From: Pontiella sp.
Lineage (GTDB): Bacteria; Verrucomicrobiota; Kiritimatiellia; Kiritimatiellales; Pontiellaceae
Assembly (NCBI GenBank): GCA_050290185.1
Contig: JBNKHE010000004.1
Location: forward strand, 96,001-160,000
DNA: 64,000 nt
Reading direction: 5' to 3'
A program made the position numbers and the translations under genes. Positions 58,655 to 64,000 of the stretch are shown in pieces. The notes beneath the pieces were generated by a model. It searched no databases and was not told where the DNA came from. It worked only from the letters and a program-made list of their open reading frames with translations. Numbering within the stretch: the first letter of the stretch is position 1; every line of letters begins with the position of its first letter.

Positions 58655-58840
58655 TTAGTCTTCATGGGAAATTGCTTCGACCGGGCAGCCTTCTTCGGCC
58701 TCCAGCGCGCTTGCTTCCAGCTCCTCCGGTACGGGATCGAGTTTTACGCTGGAAAACTCGTCTACTTCGAATACTTCCGGGCAGGTTTCTTCGCATGCGC
58801 CGCATGCAATGCAGGTTCCCTCGTCTATTTTGAATTTCAT
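58655..58840 (-). CDS. Small monocluster ferredoxin
   Basis: CIACGACEETCPEVF ... CPVEAI; AGGAG RBS. Confidence 0.92.
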   Translation of the reverse strand: MKFKIDEGTCIACGACEETCPEVFEVDEFSSVKLDPVPEELEASALEAEEGCPVEAISHED

Positions 58841-59020
58841 GGTTTCGTCTCCTGGTTTAGTTCATTGAAATCGAGGATAGACTACACATCGATGTGCGCT
58901 CGGGCTAAAACATTTTGCGGTCAAAATACAAATATTGGCACCGGCAGACAGAACGCTTTCCGGAGGAACACGTCTGGATCCCGCATCACGGCTCTCGTTT
59001 TACATTTCACGCCCGTCCCG

Positions 59021-60022
59021 TCAATCCGTCTTGCCGAAAAGATTGTATTCGAGGCAGGGAATGATCCACGGCCAAAGACGGGTGGCGGGCTTGGATTCGA
59101 GTTCGGCCTCCACCCCATAGGGCAGATCGGAAAAAAAATCGAGGCCGGTCAGCTCTTCGAGCCTATCGATGCTGACCAGGCATTCTTTGATGCGTGTGTA
59201 GGGCGGGCAGCGCTGCTGCACAAGGAAGGCCAGCGCCCTCAATTCACCGTTCTGTTCATCGACTATGATCTTGTAGTAGGCCGATGGAACCGGCACGCCG
59301 GAATCGAGCTTCTTGATCTCCCCTTGGAATACGGGGCCGGTGATCACCCACACTTCGCGGAAGTAGCGGCCATAGCGCTTGGCCACCCGCATTTCGAGAT
59401 CCTTCCAGATGTGACGGTTTACGCCGGGGGACTGCGGAACGATATTGCTCATCAGAAAGGTTTCCTTCTGGGCCTCGGCGCCGTAGCGGGTGGCAATGCC
59501 GAAGTTCGGGGCCATGTGACCGCGGTCAAAGCCGGAGCGGGTATAGTCGTTGTGCGCGACCTGGATACGCGTACGCGTATCCACGGAAAAACGCGACTGC
59601 CGCTTTCCGGATTCGAGCTTCGGCACATCGAACAAGCGATAGGCCACCCAGAGCGGGTTTTTCATCGACTCGCTGTAGCCCACCACATAACCGCGGTTTT
59701 CCAGCCGTGTTATGCGCCCGAACAGCTTGAATCCCTGGGAAGGGAACCCGCCATAGCTCTGGTCGCCGCGGTATGCCCTGTCAATGCGGACCGCATCGTC
59801 GTGCCCGAACAGTGCAAGCTCGTCCCATCTCTGCAAAATATCGAAGCCGCTTTCGCGCAAGGTCCGGTCGATGGACGGCGCGTGGAAATAAACCTGTTGG
59901 CGCACGGACCACGGAAGATGGTAGTAGCCGATCGCAACGGAAACATAGAGAGCCGACAGGATGAGGACGGTTTTCAGTCCGCGGCGCGGCGACAGGATGC
60001 TTTTGGGAATTTTCATGCCCAT
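59021..60022 (-). CDS. DNA/RNA non-specific endonuclease (NucA/EndoG family), N-terminal membrane anchor
   Basis: PLWVAY, DRGHMAP, TFLMSNIVPQ, W..LE, VPVPSAYYK, LEELTGLDFF. Confidence 0.93.
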   Translation of the reverse strand: MGMKIPKSILSPRRGLKTVLILSALYVSVAIGYYHLPWSVRQQVYFHAPSIDRTLRESGFDILQRWDELALFGHDDAVRIDRAYRGDQSYGGFPSQGFKLFGRITRLENRGYVVGYSESMKNPLWVAYRLFDVPKLESGKRQSRFSVDTRTRIQVAHNDYTRSGFDRGHMAPNFGIATRYGAEAQKETFLMSNIVPQSPGVNRHIWKDLEMRVAKRYGRYFREVWVITGPVFQGEIKKLDSGVPVPSAYYKIIVDEQNGELRALAFLVQQRCPPYTRIKECLVSIDRLEELTGLDFFSDLPYGVEAELESKPATRLWPWIIPCLEYNLFGKTD

Positions 60023-60141
60023 TGTCTAACGGTTTCCCGCATGCGATTGCGAATAAAAAGAACCGGGTCTGAGGGGAAGAAAAGCCAAAGCGGGACTATT
60101 TTAGGCAGAATGATTTTGAGGCGGAGAGATTTCCAGACTAC

Positions 60142-60169
60142 AAATCACACCTCACTTATCACTCATCAG
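60142..60169. repeat. Four imperfect 7-bp tandem units (NNNTCAC)
   Basis: AAATCAC ACCTCAC TTATCAC TCATCAG directly upstream of the SNF2 start. Confidence 0.55.
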
Positions 60170-60174
60170 GAATT

Positions 60175-63100
60175 ATGCACGTACCCTTTACACAAAAGAT
60201 TTTGGAAGATTGGGCCGGCCGCCAGACCTTCAAGGATGGCATGACGCTCTTCGAGCGCGGCAAGGTGGAAAAAGTAACCTTTGATCCCCCGTTTGTAACG
60301 GGGCAGCTGTCGATCGGCATCCGCGGCATGCGCAGCAAGTTCGAGGTGCTCAAAGACGGCCTGGTCGAAAACCACTGCCCGTGCCGCGAAAACCGGGACG
60401 AAGGCAAGATCTGTGCCCATCTGGTCGCATTGGGCCTGGAGGCCGTTCGGCTCTTCTCCGATCCGCACCGCGTCGATAAGATGGCCGAAGAAAAACGGCG
60501 CGCCGAGCGGCTGGCGTCGTTCGATGAAACGGCGTACCACACCCGCGACCCCAACGGAACACCGGCTGAACTGCGCCTCACCCTCAAGCAAAGCTGGCGC
60601 GAAAGCCTGAAAGACAAGCAGGTTCCCATGCGCTGTGCCGTCGAAGCCGCCGGACAAATCATTCCCCTGAATGAGGTCCCGAAAAAACAAGCCATGGCTC
60701 TGGATACCACCGACGACAACCTGCTGTTCGTCATCGAAGACATCTGTGAAGGTCCCGCGAAAGCAAAATTCACAGCAACGCTCTCCGACTTCATTAATAT
60801 TCTGGAACTTTGCACGGGAAAACCCATCTACGAGGGCGGCGTAGACGGCTACCTGATGGTCGATGAAAGCATCGTGTCCACCTCCATCGACATGAAACTT
60901 GATGAAGAAACCGGCGAATTGGTGCTGACCCTCCAGACGGATCACGGCGCAGATTTCACCTGTGTCGTCAGTGGAGGCAATGGCTGGATTCTCCAGGATG
61001 GCGTTTTCCAGAAGTTAGAAAAAGTCCTGCCCGGCCCGATGCGCGCCATCTACGACGGCCCCGTGCGTATTCCGCGCGATGCCATTCCATCGTTCATGAA
61101 GAACGAGCTCCCCATGCTTGAAAAGCTGACCGAGATCGAAACCAACGTCACCGCAGACATGCTTTCGCTCTCCCCGGCCAAGCCGCGCTTCCGCCTGAAA
61201 ATTGATGGGATGCAGCATACTCTTTCCGCCACCCTCTACGCCGAATACGGCATGGTGCAGCTCATCGCCGGACGCGAGGAAGCGCTGGGCAGCTTCTCCA
61301 TTCCGTCCGAAGACGATCTGCTCGATTTTCAGGTGCGTAATCCGGAAGCAGAGCAAAAGGCGCTCGAAACGATTACCGACCTCGGATTTCGCGGAAAACG
61401 CGGGGACATGCTGATGCAGATTCGCGGCAACCGCGAAGTCCTCAACTTTCTCGGCGGTGCCCTGCCCCAGCTGCAGCGCAAAGGCTGGCGGATCGATCTG
61501 GAAGGTTCCATTGCCGAATTCATGGACGATGTGGAATCGACCGTGCCGGTGGTCCATATCAATCAATCCTCCAGCAACGGCTTCTTTGAAGTCGGCTACG
61601 ATTTCGAAACCGACGGCGGCATCAGCCTCGACGAATCCGATATTCAACGCGCCATCAACATGGGCGAAGCCTTTGTTGAAAAGAAAGGCCGCACGGTCCT
61701 GCTCGACATCGACGCCATTGAAAACGCCCGGTCGGTCTTTGACGACTGCGCGGTCGGCGCCGGAGAAAAACCGGGCACGTTCAAGATGAACGATATTCAT
61801 GCGGCCTATGTGCAAGCGTCGCTCATGTCACTCGACGGGATCGACATGGAAACCGCCCCGGACTGGATGTCCAAGGCGGAGGCTCAGAACCGGAATGCCA
61901 AAGTGGAACCGGTTCCCCTGGGCGATAAGCTGGAAAACACCTTGCGCGATTATCAGAAAGCCGGGGTCTATTGGCTTAGCTTCCTGGAACGAAGTGGATT
62001 CTGCGGCATCCTCGCCGACGAAATGGGTTTGGGGAAAACCCTGCAAACCCTGACGTGGCTTTCATTGGAGCGGGAAAAAGAAGATGCCCAGAAATCCCCG
62101 GCCCTGATTATCTGCCCGACCAGCCTCGTCGATAACTGGGCCGAAGAAGCAGAAAAGTTTGTTCCGCATCTGCGCGTACTGAAAATGCATGGCACCGACC
62201 GGCATGAAAACTGGGATAAGGTTTCAGAATCCGATCTGGTGATCACATCCTACGCGTTGATCCGCCGGGATCTGGATGAATATCTCCAGCATACGTTTTC
62301 AGTCGCGGCACTCGACGAAGCACAACATATTAAGAATCGAACGACGCAGAATTCGACGGCGGTTAAAAAGATCAATGCGCACCAAAAGCTGGTACTCACC
62401 GGTACGCCGATTGAAAACAGTGTGTCCGATCTTTGGTCGATTATGGATTTCCTGATGCCCGGCTATCTGGGCAACCATAAAGCCTTCCGCGAAAACTATG
62501 AGCTCCCGATTCAAAACGGCGGTCCTGACGCCGAGCTGGCCCAGATCAAGTTGCGCAGGAAACTGCACCCCTTTCTGTTGCGCCGCCTGAAAAAGGACGT
62601 TGCCAAGGATCTACCGGAAAAGATTCAACGTGTGGCCCACTGCGCACTCAGCGGCGATCAGGCCAAGGTCTACAAGCAATTAATGGAAGGCGCCAAACGC
62701 AAAATCCAGGATCTTGGTGGAGAACAAGGCTTCAATAAGAACCGGATGGAAGTGCTGAAGGTCCTTTTGCAGCTGCGGCAAACGTGCTGTCATCTCGATC
62801 TGCTCAAGCTGCCCAACCTCAAGAGCGAGTATCCCTCCGCCAAGCTGGATCTCTTTTTCGAACTCGTCGACGAAGCAATCGATGCCGGGCACCGGATCCT
62901 CGTCTTCAGTCAGTTTACTTCCATGCTTTCGATCATCCGCGAGGAACTCGAAGCGCGGGAATTGAAATACTGCTATCTCGACGGATCGACCAAGGACCGG
63001 CAGGACCGCGTGAAACAATTCAACTCCGACAAATCGATCCCCCTATTCCTCATCAGCTTGAAAGCGGGCGGAAGTGGATTGAACCTGACCGGCGCCGACA

Positions 63101-63345
63101 TGGTGATCCATTTCGACCCGTGGTGGAATCCCGCCGTCGAGGACCAGGCCACCGACCGCGCCCACCGCATCGGACAGAAAAACACCGTCTACAGCGTCAA
63201 GCTCATCACCAAGGGCACCGTCGAGGAAAAGGTGCTGCAGATGCAGCAGAAAAAAAAGGGAGTCATCGACGCCACCCTCGAAAAGGACGGCGACATCGGC
63301 CAATCCCTGACATGGAACGACGTGCAGGAGCTGTTGAGTGTTTAG
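60175..63345 (+). CDS. SWIM zinc finger / SNF2-family helicase
   Basis: CPC...ICAH SWIM motif; LADEMGLGKT, LDEAQ, TGTPIEN, FSQF, DPWWNPAVEDQATDRAHRIGQ. Confidence 0.95.
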   Translation: MHVPFTQKILEDWAGRQTFKDGMTLFERGKVEKVTFDPPFVTGQLSIGIRGMRSKFEVLKDGLVENHCPCRENRDEGKICAHLVALGLEAVRLFSDPHRVDKMAEEKRRAERLASFDETAYHTRDPNGTPAELRLTLKQSWRESLKDKQVPMRCAVEAAGQIIPLNEVPKKQAMALDTTDDNLLFVIEDICEGPAKAKFTATLSDFINILELCTGKPIYEGGVDGYLMVDESIVSTSIDMKLDEETGELVLTLQTDHGADFTCVVSGGNGWILQDGVFQKLEKVLPGPMRAIYDGPVRIPRDAIPSFMKNELPMLEKLTEIETNVTADMLSLSPAKPRFRLKIDGMQHTLSATLYAEYGMVQLIAGREEALGSFSIPSEDDLLDFQVRNPEAEQKALETITDLGFRGKRGDMLMQIRGNREVLNFLGGALPQLQRKGWRIDLEGSIAEFMDDVESTVPVVHINQSSSNGFFEVGYDFETDGGISLDESDIQRAINMGEAFVEKKGRTVLLDIDAIENARSVFDDCAVGAGEKPGTFKMNDIHAAYVQASLMSLDGIDMETAPDWMSKAEAQNRNAKVEPVPLGDKLENTLRDYQKAGVYWLSFLERSGFCGILADEMGLGKTLQTLTWLSLEREKEDAQKSPALIICPTSLVDNWAEEAEKFVPHLRVLKMHGTDRHENWDKVSESDLVITSYALIRRDLDEYLQHTFSVAALDEAQHIKNRTTQNSTAVKKINAHQKLVLTGTPIENSVSDLWSIMDFLMPGYLGNHKAFRENYELPIQNGGPDAELAQIKLRRKLHPFLLRRLKKDVAKDLPEKIQRVAHCALSGDQAKVYKQLMEGAKRKIQDLGGEQGFNKNRMEVLKVLLQLRQTCCHLDLLKLPNLKSEYPSAKLDLFFELVDEAIDAGHRILVFSQFTSMLSIIREELEARELKYCYLDGSTKDRQDRVKQFNSDKSIPLFLISLKAGGSGLNLTGADMVIHFDPWWNPAVEDQATDRAHRIGQKNTVYSVKLITKGTVEEKVLQMQQKKKGVIDATLEKDGDIGQSLTWNDVQELLSV

Positions 63346-63346
63346 G

Positions 63347-63471
63347 TTGTAGGGCGCGAACGGCTGCAGGCCTTCGCGCCGCCACAGGAGATGCTCACCA
63401 AAAGGACAGCGGGACGCATAGCGAGGCTGAATACTTGCAAGCCAACGTCTGCGACCATTCCCGCCCTACAA
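63347..63471. repeat. Inverted REP-like doublet (GTAG family)
   Basis: TTGTAGGGCGCGAACGG on plus and TTGTAGGGCGGGAATGG on minus, between convergent genes. Confidence 0.65.
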
Positions 63472-64000
63472 CGCTTGCCCAACCGTCAGTTCAACCGTTG
63501 CGGATTCAAGATCGACTGCGGAGAAGGTCACTTCGATGGTTCCCGTGTCGGCGGTGGCCTGGATGTAGGCGATCAGTTGGCCGTTTTTTGCAGGGGCGAC
63601 GTTGTCGCGGAGGTTTTCCGATGCATCGCGCGATGCATTCTCGAGTCCGAGCAACTTGCCGGAACCGCTGACGACACAGGTTACTTCGTTCTTCGCGCCA
63701 TAGACCAGCCTGCCGGCGGCATCGACGATGGAAACCGGAATAACGGCCACCGCATATTTTCCATTAAGCGTACTTCCCTTGGCTTTGGCCGAAACCGATT
63801 TTGGTTTACCATCGGGCTTGAACGAATCGAAAGCCACGGCCTTCCCATCCTTGTAGGCAACGACTTTGAGTTCGCCGGCCTTGTAGGGAATGTCCCAGTA
63901 AATGATCGCGGTATCGGGATCATACGGCTTGCGATCACCCACCTTTTCGCCATCCAAAAACAGTTCCGCCTCTTCGCCGTTGGTGTAGCAGACCACGCGC
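63466..64000 (-). CDS. C-terminal part of a glycoside hydrolase family 2 (beta-galactosidase-like) protein, 5'-truncated by the window
   Basis: VCYTNGEEAELFLDG...WDIPYKAGELKVVAY (DUF4982-like), then D..G.LV..A.NEV...VSG.GKLLGLEN Ig-like domain. Confidence 0.8.
   Translation of the reverse strand, partial: RVVCYTNGEEAELFLDGEKVGDRKPYDPDTAIIYWDIPYKAGELKVVAYKDGKAVAFDSFKPDGKPKSVSAKAKGSTLNGKYAVAVIPVSIVDAAGRLVYGAKNEVTCVVSGSGKLLGLENASRDASENLRDNVAPAKNGQLIAYIQATADTGTIEVTFSAVDLESATVELTVGQAL

Noticed and set aside
58295..60244. 649-aa plus-strand ORF
   Set aside because: Crosses three well-supported minus-strand genes and has no domain signature.

Overview
Mostly chromosomal housekeeping DNA from a moderately GC-rich bacterium. 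An SHD1-domain protein, a secreted-protein tail ending in FYR and GH2/GH18/esterase genes suggest the PVC superphylum (Kiritimatiellota/Verrucomicrobia-like); this is inference. Core genes include two icd paralogues, DAHP synthase, aceE-aceF, nfo, trmJ, trxA, rlmD, topB, mvaD, a peptidase S11 PBP, tig-clpP-clpX, dsbD, cca, purD-purE, queA, htpG, trkA-trkH-trkH, a SWIM-SNF2 helicase and the 3' end of a GH2 gene. I found no rRNA, tRNA, CRISPR array, integrase or transposase. The best candidate for an undescribed system is 32604-40871, where five uncharacterised genes sit behind three sigma-54-type (-24/-12) promoter motifs. They include a 54-aa gene missed by the ORF track that matches the N-terminus of an operon neighbour, and a 1487-aa membrane-anchored PAS / ~740-aa repeat coiled-coil / pseudo-histidine-kinase protein. 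Other notable items: an NADP-type versus NAD-type IDH paralogue pair, a secreted protein with duplicated 6xCxxC modules, an SxC-motif PBP, an isolated mvaD, a divergent TrkH duplicate, a frameshifted esterase tail, and several families of short intergenic repeats.
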